Assembly: GCA_039096225.1 (NCBI GenBank)
Contig: JBBPEB010000014.1
Location: 1,736,001 to 1,800,000 of the forward strand
DNA length: 64,000 nt
DNA from: Blastocystis sp. Blastoise
Taxonomy: Eukaryota; Protista; Bigyra: Opalinata
Direction of reading: 5' to 3'
Under the pieces are notes generated by a model. That model saw only the letters and a program-made list of their open reading frames with translations, was not told where the DNA came from and did no database searches. Shown here one piece after another: positions 36,542 to 60,400 of the stretch. The translations under genes and the position numbers were made by a program. The stretch's first letter is position 1, and each line of letters begins with the position of its first letter.

Positions 36542-38705
36542 ATGTTGAACATTATAAAGAAATCTATCAATACTCCATTCCTAGTAACCATTACATCATT
36601 CTTTGCTATTCTTTTAGGCATTGAAATCATTTAGGCATCTGACGACATTCAGACAGTTACAGTCAAATATAATCCATAATACAAAACAGCAAAGGCCATT
36701 TGATAAAGTTCTCATTGCTAATCGTGGAGAAATTGCTTGTAAAATAATAGAAATAGCTAAGAATATGGGAATGAAGACTGTAGCTGTATATTCAGATATA
36801 GATAGGTATTCGAAACATGTATCACTTGCTGATGAGGCCATATATATTGGTAATTCACCTTCTTGTGAAAGCTATCAAAACGTAAAACAAATAGTAGATG
36901 CATGCATTAAAACGAATGCAAACGCTGTACATCCAGGATATGGTTTCTTATCTGAAAATTGGGATTTACAAACAGAATTACGAAAGAATGGTATTTTTTG
37001 GTGTGGTCCAGAACAATGTTCAATGAAAACATCAAAAGATAAACTCAAATCAAAGTTATTAGCGAAGAAAGCGAATGTAAATACTATTCCAGGCTTTGAC
37101 GATATTGTTACATCTTATTCTCAAGTTGTTCAGGTTTCTAATCAAATAGGTTATCCTGTTATAATAAAATCTGTTATAGGATCAGGAGGTCGATGTATAC
37201 GAATAGCAAATAATGATAAGGAAGCTATTGCTGCTTTTAATTTTTGTCAACAAGAAGCTTTGCTATTATTTGGAGATACACGTATTTTCGTTGAGAAACT
37301 GATTCGAAATCCTAAACATATTGAAATTCAATTACTTTCTGACGAACATGGCCATCTGTGTGCATTCCCAGAACGTGAATGCTCTATACAACGTAGAAAC
37401 CAAAAAGTGATTGAAGAATCACCATCTATATCTCTACCTTGTTTTGTTCGTGATGAAATGTTAGAACAAGCAAAACGGATTGGAGAATTGCTTTGCCAAC
37501 AATCTGCTGCTACAATAGAAATGCTTGTTGATGATTCTCATAATTTCTATTTCTTAGGAATTAATCCACGTCTTCAAGTTGAACATCAACTCTCAGAAGT
37601 TATTACTGGTGTTAATATCATCGAACAAATGTTCTGGATTGCTGCAGGAGCTCGTTTACCAAGACAATTGAGACAATCACCACTACCTATTCATGGTCAT
37701 GCAATTGAATGCCGTGTATACAGTGAAGATCCTTATCATAACTTTTTGCCAATATATGGTCAAATTTTGAAATACACTGAACCAATAGGAGAAGGTATTT
37801 ATTGTGAATCTGGAATTCTTGAAGGTTCTGTGATCTCTCTACATTACGATCCACTTCTTTGTAAATTAGTTACATGGGGTGAGACACGAGATGATGCTAT
37901 TCAAAGAATGAATTATGCTTTAGATCATTTTGTTATTCGTGGAATACAAACCAACATTCCTTTCTTACAATCAGTTATCCATTCCAAGAGATTTCAAAAT
38001 TCTTTTATTACAACAAATTTTATTAATCAAGAATGGCCAGGTGGATGGAAACCTTGTGAATTAAATGAAAATGATATACATAAGCTATTAGCAACAACAG
38101 CTTATTTATCTATTCAATATCAACAGAAGCATCAATTAAGGCAAGTAATGAAATCATATTGTCAAAAGCCGATAGAGAATTTATTACTTCATTTAAATAA
38201 AAAGTGTTTCCATGTATCAATACATCAAGAGAATAATGACTATTCTATTCAAATTGATGATAGACATCATATGATGTTAGATCCTACATTTGTTGGAAAT
38301 CATAATATTCTTCATTGTTTATTTGATGGTGAATCAATGGATATACAAGTAGATAATCAAAAGATGAATGAGTATACACTAGAATTCTATGGAGTTGAAC
38401 ACAATATTCAAGTATATGAAGAACATGAACATAAATTATGGAATATTGTAAGTAAAGATAGAGATTATAATTGTCAAGATTGTATAGATTGTTTGATTTC
38501 TCCTTTAAATGGTATAATAGAATCTATTGATGTTCAAGTTGGTCAACATATACAAAAAGGAGATAAGATTGGTGTAATACATTCTTTTGATATGGATCAT
38601 GATATTTATTCTTCAAAAGATGTTATAGTATCTTCTATTAATAAAAGAAAAGGAGATTCAGTTCATTTATATGACGTTCTTATGGACTTTATTGATTTGA
38701 ATTAA
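36542..38705 (+). CDS. Propionyl-CoA carboxylase alpha-like biotin carboxylase, degenerate; one 34-nt intron at 36584-36617
   Basis: FDKVLIANRGEIA, HPGYGFLSEN, ERECSIQRRNQKVIEESPS, RLQVEH, GHAIECRVYSEDP. The C-terminal biotinyl domain has SFDM in place of AMKM. Confidence 0.85.
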
Positions 38706-39348
38706 TTCAATAATAACTTAAATATTGATTTTTTTTTTTCACTTTTTATGTTTCTTCTCTTTTCTAAATCTATAAACAGTATTATAATATACACAATATA
38801 CTATTGTTTTCCACATTTATTACCATAACTTAAAGACTCAAGAAAACTGTTTTTCGCTTTTTAGAAGTATTTCTAAATAAGATATATTAATTTTATAGTA
38901 AGAATTATTATATACATATATTTTGTGAATAACAAAAAAAATACTAGAATAAAATGTTATTTATCATGACTTTATGAGCTGTAAATCTTATGTATAATAA
39001 ATCACTATAATATATACAAGAAGAAATACTAACAACACAATTCATTGATCATTTATTTCTTCGAACGATATTCAAATCACTCTATCTTCTAAGTAAGTCA
39101 TAATGAGCAATAAAACAAATATAAATTAATAGTTCATATCTTAATCTTCGCGAATCAAGTAAAATAAATATTAAATCAAATAAATAACGGTTTTTCGTGA
39201 AAGCTTCTGTGAATTTTTGAAAACAGTCAAAGAATCATATGAAATATGATTTGTGATTATTTATTCAAAATAAGTGGAAATTAGAGACTCTTTTTTGGGA
39301 AATTAGATAGACATTATTTTCTTGTTTTGTTGTCAATATTCACACTAT

Positions 39349-45695
<6,347 letters not shown>

Positions 45696-46377
45696 CTATT
45701 AATTCTATTTCCAGTTTTTTTTTAATCATTTAACTAAAATATATATATATTTTTATCTTTTTTTTCATTTTCTTTTTTATTTGCCATTCAATTAATATAG
45801 ATATTAATTTTTTTTCAATTTTCACACTAGCTTTTATTCTTTAATTTTATTATTGTTCTTCATCCATATCTCACTGTTAGCAATATTAAATAATTGTTTT
45901 TTTAAATAATACTTTTTCTAGAATTTATTTTTGTATTTTACTAACTATTTTTTATTAAATATGTCTTTAGAGTATAATAAGATCATAAACAGTAAAAATA
46001 TTATCTAAAAAAAATAATAATTATGAAAAAAGGAAATAATTACTAAAAAATAATAATCTCAAATTTATATATAGGGTATATCATGTAATCTATAAATACA
46101 CTATTCACTAATATCATTTTAAATCTTTGAAATCAACAATTTAAAAAAATCGAAATGACGGGGAAAAAGCAAATGAAAGAGGCGATTGTGAAAATAACCA
46201 GAAATTTAAATATTTCTTGTTTCTAGTTTATTCTTCATAATTATTCGCATTCTAGTTTTGTAAGATAAAGAAATAAGCTACTCATTATCTCCATAGAGTC
46301 AACTAATAGTTTAAAAAGAAAATCAAAAGAAATTAAGTTCTGAAAAGCTTTAGAAAGCTGAGCAAACTACTTTTAAT

Positions 46378-46987
46378 ATGATAAATAGTTTAAGAGGAAC
46401 TTCTAAAGTATTAAAAGGATATAGACTGATCTCTTATGTTACACGTGGTACAAATTACGAACAATTTGTATTATTCTAATGTTCACATTTTATTATATTT
46501 AGGTATACAATAGATTAAGTACGAACTATATATCATTACTTCACTGTGGAGGACCAAATGATAAAGGAATAGATATTCGTGTATTTATCTTTTTCTTATT
46601 TTTTTATTCATTTAATTATTTCAGGGGACAATAAATATAGATGATAAATTAGTACCATTAATTATTCAATGTAAATATCAAAAACAAAAAATTAGTGTTA
46701 AACAAGTATATATATATGGTATTATTTATTATATCAAAAAAAAAAACGTGTTATTATTTATATGAATTGATATATATATATATATGTATATTTATATATA
46801 TAGATACGAGAATTTTGTGGTACAATTCAAAATGAATATTGTAAATATATATATATAATGTTATATATACGTTATTCTAGCACTTGAAGAAACACAATTA
46901 GTTTCCCCAATTTCTATGTTTTGTTCTGCAACTGGTTATTCACTTCCTTCTTTAGAGTATATATAGATATATATAATAATATATATA

Positions 46988-47024
<37 letters not shown>

Positions 47025-47352
47025 ATTATTATTATTATTATTATATTTCTATTATAAATCAACTATATATATAGATATACAGATTCTATTTCATATCCAT
47101 TATTATTATTACATCTGTCACCAAACGATTTTCATTCTATATATGCGAATAAACGTTTTTCAGATTGTTTCAGAAATATTCACTTAGTTAAAGTATATAT
47201 ATATACATTTATTATACTTATTTTTATGAAAATATCATAATATCATATCATAATAATATAATCGTAGTAATCATATATATGTATATATATAGAGAATAGA
47301 AGAAGGAATAAGTATTCCATCACTTTTATATAAAGGGTATTATTTATTATAA
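46378..47352 (+). CDS. RRG7-like mitochondrial Mrr-type PD-(D/E)xK nuclease-fold protein
   Basis: Spliced RGTNYEQFV...HCGGPNDKGIDIRG...LIIQCKY...IREFCGT...SATGYS, with a basic presequence-like N-terminus. Confidence 0.75.
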
Positions 47353-47579
47353 ATATAAACAAAAATAACTTTTTTTTTATTATTTTAAAAAATTAGTATA
47401 TATTGTTTATTATTGCTGTGTAATATAAAAAATATTTTGTTCTCTGTGACGAAAAATATGGATAATATATATATACTAAATATACATATAACAACGAAAT
47501 GTATTTAAAAAAATGATAATTGTTTTAAATACCCCCAAATAATTCATTAAACATAATAATATGAAAATATATATAAATA

Positions 47580-50417
<2,838 letters not shown>

Positions 50418-50571
50418 CTGATTTATTGAATATTACCTATTAATGACAATAAACGAAAACTTTTTCGTTTTTATATGATAATCGTGAATATTCAATTATT
50501 AAAAATGGAACAATAATCGCGATTCCTATAGGGTTTTTATTGTGTAAAATGAAAGGTTGTTTTGGTATTTC

Positions 50572-50580
50572 AGCCAATCA
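50572..50580 (+). promoter_or_regulatory. CCAAT box in the 350-bp divergent promoter between the HAT/TPR gene and RPL18A
   Basis: AGCCAATCA lies near the middle of the interval between ATGs at 50417 (-) and 50768 (+). Confidence 0.45.
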
Positions 50581-50767
50581 AATACTAGTTTCACGTCAGA
50601 CTCTCTGGGTCTAAAAGGCTTTTTTTATACCTCTCTTGTCAATCAGATGTTCAAAACTATACCAATTTGGACTCGACGTGTGACATTTTGTCTCTTTTTT
50701 CTTTCTTTTTTTGACTATTCATATGTGAATTGGTCTTTTCATTAATTTGTCTTCATCTGATTAAACA

Positions 50768-51585
50768 ATGCCTGTATGTAGTTGTTACTTACTAATTTTT
50801 GTTTATTTGACTTCTATATATACAAATAAATATATCTATTCATCATTATCAAGTTGTTGGCCGTCTTCATCCTACTAATGGAGAAGAAACTCCCATCTAC
50901 AGAATGCGTTTATTCGCTCCCAACCCCGTTACTGCTAAGTCCCGATATTGGTATTTCTTAGCTAACCTTCACAAACTGAAGAGAGCTTCCGGTGAAATTC
51001 TTGCCGTTAATGAAATACATATACTCAGCATATATATATTTATAGTCTATACAATAAAACAAATAATGTTTTTCATCGTCAAAATAAATTTTCAATAAAC
51101 TTGTCACCTAAATTTAATCATTTTATTGAAATTAGAGAAAGAAACACCCAAGTCAAGACCTATGGTATTTGGTTAAGATATAACTCTCGTTCTGGTACTC
51201 ACAATATGTACAAAGAATTCCGTGATACCACCCTTCTTGGTGCTGTCAAGAATCTTTATGCTGATATGGCTGGTAGACATCGTGCTCGTGACCGATCTAT
51301 TCAAATCATCCGTACTGCCATCATCCCTGCTGGTGAATCTCGTAGAGCTCATAATCATCTTTATGAACTATATATATAGATATTATAGATTTTTTATAGA
51401 ATATATTATGATTCTAGTTAAAGAAATATATTTTTTTATGTATAATAAATCTTCATCAAATTATTATTATTTGTATATAGCATCAAAATCCTAAATTCGC
51501 TCTTCCTCACCGTATCTTCCGTGCTGGTAACAAGAAGTATCGTACTACTTTCCTTGCTGACAGACCTACTACTTTCTTCGGTTAA
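50768..51585 (+). CDS. RPL18A: 60S ribosomal protein L18a (eL20); exons 50768-50773, 50838-51014, 51131-51367, 51481-51585
   Basis: YQVVGR...[21 protein letters not shown]...[22 protein letters not shown]...DMAGRHRAR...KFALPHR...RPTTF. Confidence 0.95.
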
Positions 51586-51862
51586 AGTTAAAAGTGAATA
51601 GAGAATAATTTGAATTTACTTATATACGAAATAGAGTATTTACATTATTATTCAAAGTTTTATTGATGGAGACATAAATATTATTGTTTTTTGTTATGTT
51701 TTGTATTTTAAGTTTATTAATTAGCACATATAAAATATAAAAAATTTATTATCTATGTGAATAATAAAAAGTGTTTTTTAGTAATAATAAAATGATAACA
51801 AAACAAAGAATAATAGACATGGAATACATAATAAATAATTTAAGACAGTATATATATAACAT

Positions 51863-52858
51863 TTAAAGTTTTTGAGCAAGGAAAGCTTCTAATTTTTCGG
51901 TATCCTTAGCGAATTTACGAATACCATCAGCTAAAAGATCAGTAGCCATAGCATCTTCATTGAGTTGCCATCTGAAAGTTTCTTCAGTCATTTCAATTTG
52001 TTCACCTTCATAATTAACAGTAGAAGGAGAAAGAGGAGTGTAAGGAAGCTATAGATATATTATAATTATTATATATATATAGAATTAATAAATATAAAAT
52101 ATATATATAAATATAACATATAAAATATAAAATATAAAATAAAATATAAAAAATAGGAATATAAATATAAAATAAGAATAGAATAATAAATACTTCAGCA
52201 ACGGTTTCTTTCATGTTCTTTAACCAATTAGGTCCAATAGTAAGTTTATCACAACCAGCTAATCCTAATACTTCATCAACACTTCTAAAGGAAGCACCCA
52301 TAACAATAGTAGGGATCTGGAATTTCTTATAATAAGAATATATATTACGAACACTCTTTACACCAGGATCTTCAAGAGCAGGATAAGCCTCAGTTCTACC
52401 TTCCTTCTTCATATACCTTTATATATATATATAAGATATTTTATATATAATAATAAATATAATAATAAATATAATAATAAATATAATAATAAATATAATA
52501 ATAAATATAATAATAAATATAATAATAAATATAATAATAAATATAATAATAAATATAATAATAAATATATTAATAAATATAATAATAAATATATTAATAA
52601 ATATAATAATAAATATAATAATAAATATAATAATAAATATAATAATAAATAAAATAATAATAACATAATAACATATAACAATAATATAACAATATATATA
52701 CCAATCTCTGATTCTTCCAACGAAGGGACTAATGAGAGTAGCGTTAGAATTAGCAGCAGCAACAGCTTGACAGAAAGTGAATAATAAAGTCATATTACAA
52801 TGAATGCCTTCAGCTTGTAACACTTTACAAGCTTTCATACCTTCCCAAGTAGAAGCAA

Positions 52859-52897
<39 letters not shown>

Positions 52898-53503
52898 TAA
52901 TATAACAAAATTTTTTAATAAAATAAAAATTATGAATCATTTAAAACAAAATTAATATATATAAATCATGAAATAGAAGCTAATAAATACCTTAATAAGA
53001 ATTCTATCCTTAGAAACACCTTCTTCTTCATACATTCTAATAAGAGTATGAGCCCTATATATTATATATATATATATATACTTATAATACAATTATTACT
53101 AATAAAAATATAAAACTACAAATCAACAGAAAAATATCAATAAATTATAATAATAAAAATATATATACTTTTCAATCATCTTTTCAGTGTCAAAAGAAAG
53201 ACGAGCATCAACTTCAGTAGAAACGAGACCAGGAACAACTTCTAAAATAGCTTTACCGAAAGAAACAGCAAGTTTATCAGTAAGAATGGTCATAAGATCA
53301 GATTTATCAGCAGCACAATGAGATTTAGCATATTCAATGGCCTTGTTGACAACAGAATCATATTCAGGCTTTAAGGCAGCTCCGAGAATCAAAGAAGGAT
53401 TAGTAGTAGCATCTTGAGGTTTAAGAGTGGAAATGACATTGAAGTCACCAGTATCGGCAACAACTTGAGTATATTTAGCGAAATTTTCTAATAAAGTGGA
53501 CAT
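51863..53503 (-). CDS. TAL1: Transaldolase (5 exons)
   Basis: [75 protein letters not shown]. Introns are canonical. Confidence 0.96.
52445..52650. repeat. Intronic 12-bp minisatellite (AATAATAAATAT)n
   Basis: Directly visible in transaldolase intron 3. Confidence 0.85.
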
Positions 53504-53577
53504 TGTTTAATTATTTATGACAAAAGAGGTCTAAGAAAAATTATATTGCAAATAATGGTTCCAAATGGAAAATCATT

Positions 53578-53586
53578 TGATTGGTT
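53578..53586 (-). promoter_or_regulatory. CCAAT box upstream of transaldolase
   Basis: AACCAATCA on the minus strand, about 75 bp upstream of ATG 53503. Confidence 0.45.
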
Positions 53587-53891
53587 AAAAGCAGACTTGT
53601 AGGCAAAATGATTTGTATTTTATTGTTGCTTACAAAGACTTTTATTATTAACAGATAAACAACTCTATATTTAAAAAAATACTAATAATCTGTAATGATA
53701 AACTGGAATAGGTCTTTAAGTTTATTTACTAATTCAAATTATTATCAATCATTGATGGATAATTATAATGTGTGTGAAAAAAATGTAAAGTATAATAATG
53801 AATAGAATACATATATAAATAATAAACATAAACAATGTAATTATTGATCCACCATTGCATTAATTATTAAATAAAGACTAAATAAAGCACT

Positions 53892-54234
53892 TTACTTAAG
53901 AGGAATGAAACGGGAAGAGTGAGAAGCACCAATACCAGGACGACCATGGTGGACGGGGTGATAAGTATATATATTCATTTATTATTATTATATATATATT
54001 ATTATAATAATAAAGAATAAATAATAATATTATAATAAATAATAAATATATACGTGATGGAGAATTCACCTAAATAGTGACCAAGCATTTCAGCTTTAAT
54101 TTCAACATTGTTGAAACTCTTACCATCATAAACACCAACAACTCCTCCAATCATATCAGGGACGACAATCATATTACGAAGATGAGTCTTGACAGGTTCA
54201 GGACGTTCTTCTTCAGTAGCATTAGCCTTGGAAA

Positions 54235-54299
<65 letters not shown>

Positions 54300-54885
54300 C
54301 CTTGGAAGCCTTAATCTTTCTAATAAGAGTATTACAGTTTCTCTTTAAACCTCTGTTAAATCGTCTACGAGCACGGCACTATACAATAATATATTATTAT
54401 TTATTATCATTTTTTATATATATTTTTAATTCATTTTTATAATAATATAAATAATAATTTAATCAATAATTTAATAATAATATAAATAATATAAATAATA
54501 ATCTAATCAATAATTTCAAATAAAATCTAATAATTAAAAAAATAATAAATGATTTAAATAATAATAATAATATCATATTCAACAATTATAATTAAAAAAA
54601 CTTTATCTTATATCTAAACACATCAAGGGAATAATTCCATTAATTCCTTAGGAGAAATAGTAAGAATCTTATCTAAGTCAATACCACGGTAGGTAAACTT
54701 CTTGAAGGTTCTTCTCTTCTTTTGTTCTTCAGCAGAGAGTTCTACAGTTTGTTCTTCAGCCATATTGAGATTTGTGATAAGTTGATGTTGAATGTTTGTA
54801 AATATCAATAAAGAATAATTTAAAAGACATGAAAATAATATGCAGAGAAAGAATTTAAACTAAAATATAACGAATAACTTACCAT
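53892..54885 (-). CDS. RPS15: 40S ribosomal protein S15, copy B (inverted paralog)
   Basis: Exons appear identical to copy A. An ATG-only first exon at 54883-54885 is followed by GTAAGT. An alternative in-frame ATG lies at 54761-54763. Confidence 0.92.
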
Positions 54886-55399
54886 TTTCACTATTGGGAT
54901 GCAATAAAAAGGTGGAAAATATATTACAAAACTTTAACCAAAATTTTTAAGGTAAAGACAATTATTGCGAAAAGCAATTACCCCCTTAAAAACCATTTTT
55001 TTACACAAACAAAGTCAATTATTTTCATAAATCCAGGGGGTATTTTCAATTTTTTTATATTTTATTTGTTTTATTCAAGATGATATCGATATTATTAATT
55101 TAGCTTCATTAAATGTTGTATATGCTTGTCAGAGATTAACTGCGTAACCTCAAGTTCTTCTTTTTATTTCTTCATTTCATGAATATTTGTCATTGAACAA
55201 TAGTATGAAGTAAATGTAATTCTCATTGAATATAGAATGAATTGAAATGTCTGAAAATGTTGAGTTTATCAAGATTATCAATCAAAACCAAACAAATGAA
55301 AAACAAATTGCGCAAATAATCATTCAATATTAGTTGGATCCAGTAACTATTAAAGAGTCAATTTTCTTCCAAAAGAAATTTAATTATTATTTCGAACAT

Positions 55400-56891
55400 T
55401 TACTTTTTTTCTGGATGATACTCTGAAAAATATCGATTTTTTGGCTTTGTTTGAATTCCTGAATGTTGTAACAATAGATCTGTGGCTTTTTTCCTTTCAA
55501 TAGACTCTCTTTGAATTCGTTCTTTACGTAATTGTTCAATTAGTTTCTGTTTATCATCCTTTATATCTTCTGCTCTTTGTTCAGAATGACTATGGTGATG
55601 TCTATGGTGTGAACTTGCTATAGATTGAATAGACTCACAACAAATAATGAATTAATTTTATATACAGGAATGTTTATGATGATGATGTTTTTTCAACTCT
55701 TCTCTGTCCTTAGATGAATCATGATTTATTGTTTCATGCTGGAATTTTGAATTTAAAGATTGTTTATTGTTTTCAGTATCTACAGTTGGTGTCTATAATA
55801 TATATATATATTTTAATAAAAATATAGTTATTCTTATTATTAGATACTTAGAATTAATATATGTATAGGATTATAAGAATATAAGACACTATACAGAATA
55901 ATAATATTTTTAAATATAAGTATATACAGTAATATCTTTTGGTTGATTCATTGCTTGATAAGCTAAAACTTCATTTTTGGGATATACTTTATATATATCT
56001 TTTTCTTTCTGTTTACATTCTTCAGTATATAAATATAATGGATCTTCAAATTTTCGTTGATATTCATTTCTTTCTAATAATTTTAAATAATCATCATCAT
56101 TAATTTTCCCTCCTTTTTTATCATATTTTTGTTTTGGGTCTGAAGCATACCAAGGTAAAGCTTCTTTTTCAAACGGTTTTAACCGCCAATTCGCCATTCC
56201 TAGTTTTTTCATTTCTTTTATATGATCCTCTTGTTTCTCTTTCTATATAGAATACATATTAAGATATATATATCATTTATATATCATTTATATATCATAT
56301 ATTTATATTTATATAACCACAAAACTATATGTATGAAAAATAAAAAGTAGCATATAATATCAATATTTTTCTATTAACATACTAACAAATAAAAAGAATA
56401 ATAATAAATAAAATGACTCTAGTAATAATAAAATAATAATATATATATATACTAAATAATCTTGATTACTTTCAAATACAGTGTCAGCTTTAGGTATATT
56501 GAATGTTCCATAAGTAGTTTGATCTATTCCACTATCACCTAGAATAATTCGATTAGTCTCAGAAGATATCTGTGAATCATTTTGTTTATCATCATCATTA
56601 CGAACATCTATATAATGAATAATATAAACAAATATTGAATGTTACTATAATCATTAATAAATACCTATTTTATATAATTTAAATGAAATATAACATAAAA
56701 AACATACGTTCTTGGTCAATTTTATTACGAGCTTTCATCATTTCAATCTTCTTTTCAAATTGAACTTGTCGATCTTTTTCTAACAGAACTTTCTCTTCTT
56801 GGGCATGCTCCTCTTCATCTTTAGCTACTTTTTCTAAATTATCCTGATTCCATGGATGCCATAATTTATGTCGCAAAATATGTAATGACAT
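55400..56891 (-). CDS. LENG1: LENG1-like protein (Cir_N domain)
   Basis: MSLHILRHKLWHPWNQDNLEKVAKDEEE; PWY; EDPL; C-terminal IEQLRKERIQRESIERKKATDLL...RYFSEYHPE. Confidence 0.75.
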
Positions 56892-57098
56892 GATAACTAT
56901 ATTAAATAAATTATTAATTTGGTTGTATAAAATAGACATAATCAAATGCATACAATGAATATATTATTATTTTTTATAAAAATGTTGATCAATATATTTA
57001 CAATAAAAACAAATAAAAATTATTCCTATAGTTTTTTAAAATCGATTTTACTTTTTGTTTTTCTTTTTGATATATTTCTTTATTCTTTTATTTATAAA

Positions 57099-57673
57099 AT
57101 GTCTTCGATTCAAAAAGTTAATTCTAAGCCATCCTCAGTTTCTTTGATAGAAGAACTTAATTCAGAATCTTCTGATGATGAAGTCGTTACTATCGACAAT
57201 GTGTCTGAGAAAAAAGAAACTTTTGTCACTGACTGTAAATCTATTTAATCATATATTATTGCTATTCTATCGTAGTAAAGAAAATGATGTATGGTTGTGG
57301 GGACTCCATTGTTCCATTATCTGAAACATTAGATGTTATGAATGAATATGTAACAGATTTCATAGTCGAACTTACAAAAAAGTCCTTAGAAACTGCAAGA
57401 GACAATAAAATTCCTATGGATTGCGGATGTATTCAATTCTCTGTGAGGAAAATGCCTGCTTACGTTCAAAGAGCAAAAGAGTTATTAGAAAGTTATTCAA
57501 AAATAATGGAAGCTACACATTTTGTTGTTTCTGAAGATCAATATGCTATGGAAGACCGACCTAAAGGTCAAACTAAACGAAAACCTAAAGAAATGAATGA
57601 TGCTTTATCTGCTACACCTAAAAGACAGAAAAGAAAATCATTCGATGAGGAATCTGTTACTACAACACAATAA
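57099..57673 (+). CDS. TAF13: TFIID subunit 13 (2 exons)
   Basis: FVTDLKKMMYGCGDSIVPLSETLDVMNEYVTDFIVELTKKS...FSVRK...RAKELL histone-fold signature. Confidence 0.85.
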
Positions 57674-58195
57674 AAAACTAATATTTATTTGTATGATTAA
57701 CTGAAACGAGAGAACATGTTGGAATTCCTTCATTTTTAACTTTTCTTTTTTCTATTTTTTTTTTCACTTTTCCTCTTTATTCCATTTATATTTAAACTTA
57801 TAATTATGTGTTTATTTGATATAAAAGAGTTTTTTCATTTTTTTTTTGCATTCTCGTTTTTCTTAATTGAAAAACTTGCTTTTTAATATTATTGATATCT
57901 AGATAAAATGAAATGACATAATACTATTTGTAAAACACAACTTTTCTTTCTTCAATTTCGATATCATGGATCCAATTATTCTATTTTACTCGTTACACTT
58001 TGATAACATAGATATATGTGTAAATAAAGTATTTTTAACCGGAAACAAACCTTTATTATTTATTATTTAAAAAAATAGTATTCAGCAATTTTTCCTTGGG
58101 GAACAATCTTTATGTCAGTCTAAATTGAAAAACATCTGAGTGATTCATTATTGTTTCATTTTTATTTTCATTTTTTTTCTTTGTAGGAACTATAA

Positions 58196-59804
58196 ATGAC
58201 TCATTATATGATTTTTATAACATTTATTATGCTAACTTTTGCTGATGAGGTATGTAAAGTATCCACAGCAACTCAAAATTTTGATTTGTATGTAGTTTTA
58301 GTGTGAATTGCTTTAATTATATAGATGTTCCATTACAGGAAAGGAATTAAGGTGAATAAATATATTTATTATATTTGAATATGTTTAGTTTTGTTTCTGG
58401 CTCTAATCTCTGGAAAGTAAATCCTTTTGGAAGTATTGAATCTTTTGAAGTATTTGAATATATTTAACATATAAAGTCTCATAAAATCAAAGTAATATTA
58501 CTTTATTATATCACTGTCTTTAGGGCTGTGAGAATTTACCTGAAAATACCTCTGCTATTCGACGATATCCTATTCGTGATGGATTATATAAGTAATTCAT
58601 ATGATGATTAGTTGTTTTAGTTATTTTTTTTATTATTTTATTTATTATATTTGTATTTATTATTTATTCATGTGGTTATCTCTATATTTAAATTATTTAT
58701 TTTATTTATTCTTGTTTATAGATGTGAATATTTATCAAATTCTTCACATCGTACAAATGCTGAATCTACTACATTTTCAGAAAACAATGAAAAAGCGGTA
58801 TTAATGGAATTTAATGGTGGGGATACTTGCAATTATAAAGTATATATATATATATATTTTTTTAATAATTCTAAAAATAATAATATTTTTTCTCCATAAA
58901 AAAATTATTTTTAAAAAATAAAAATATATACATTTTTGATTTCTATATACTATTTTCAATATTCTTTAGCCTTCCACTACATTACAAACTAAGATATATT
59001 TTATATGTAATGAAAGTGCTCAAGAACCTACTATTTCAAATGTTTTTCTTCCTTCATATTCTTGTATTACTGAAATCTATATTCAAACATCGTATATATA
59101 TTAATATATTATTCTATAAATATATTATTCTATAAATATATTATTCTATTAATATATTATTCTAAATATATTATTCTATTAATATATTATTATATAAATA
59201 TATTATTATATAAATATATTATACTATTAATATATTATTCTATAAATATATTATTCTAAAAATATATTATACTATTAATATATTATTATGCTATTAATAT
59301 ATTATTATTTTATAAATAATATTCATTTTAAATTGTTGATTTTTTTCATATTCTATTCATTATTTATATTTTGGGTATTTTATTTATTTACATATAGTAT
59401 ACTATTTGGTTTATGTTCTCTTTTCTATATTTATTTATATAATATTATTTTAAAACAAATTATATTTTTTTATTATTTTAATTCATTATATACTAATCAA
59501 TATATATATGAATTATATCTATGTATCTTCTTCTCTAGTACATCTTGTAATTCTACTATGCCTCCACAAATAGGGTATATTATTGGTGGCGTCTTAGGTG
59601 GAATTGTTGTCATCTATATTATTTATCTTATCGTTAAAGTTATATTTAAAAGGTAATTAAAAAATAATATATAAGTATTATAATCTTGATTTATTTGTCA
59701 TACTAATGTTTTTCTATTCATTATACTATTATGAATTTATATATAGAAATCAAGCTAAAAACAGAAAGACTGCTGTTGTGAAGGAAAAACTTGTATCTCT
59801 CTAA
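58196..59804 (+). CDS. Type I membrane protein with MRH domain (CD-M6P receptor/ATG27-like)
   Basis: Signal peptide; Cys pattern with FDL, LMEFNGGDTC, TKIYFIC, SCITEIYIQT..C; TM helix GYIIGGVLGGIVVIYIIYLIV; short tail ending EKLVSL. Confidence 0.6.
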
Positions 59805-60400
59805 TTAAGTTTTTAAAAGATTATATATATATATCTATTATAATTCATCTTTATATAACTATATAACATGATTTTATTTTATTGAAAACACTATTTATGA
59901 AGATTAACTGAATCTTCTTGATTGATACGCAACAGAACATTAATTATTCTATTCTTTGTTTTGTCATCCTATTATTTCTGCCAATCTACGTATCATGACT
60001 CTCTCTCTCTCTTACTTAATTTCTGTTGTGTTACAAAGAACTGATAATTTTACTTTTAGCAAAACTATAAAACATAAATATCCAATATATTGCTGTTTTC
60101 CCTCATTATCAGTTTTTCATTGGTTTTGAGATTACTCAAAATGGTTCATCGAATAGAAATGTTGTTACTAAAGGAGAAACAGTTCTCTATTCAAAACATC
60201 TTTTATGGAAAATTCTTTTTTTAAAGGAATATCCAAAGATATTATCATTAGAATTGTTTTTTTTGTTTTATAAAAAAAGAAATTTCTAGAAAACTCCATG
60301 GTTTTCTTTTCTGCACGAGTTTTTTCATCTATCATTCACAATCAATTTATATTAATTTTTGATATTTTGTTTATTGTTCAATAACATTAAATTTCCCAAT

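Noticed and set aside
51015-51130. U12-type AT-AC introns in the ribosomal-protein genes
   Set aside because: There is no ATATCCTT 5' consensus or TCCTTAAC branch site, and the ends are explained by exon-copied bases.
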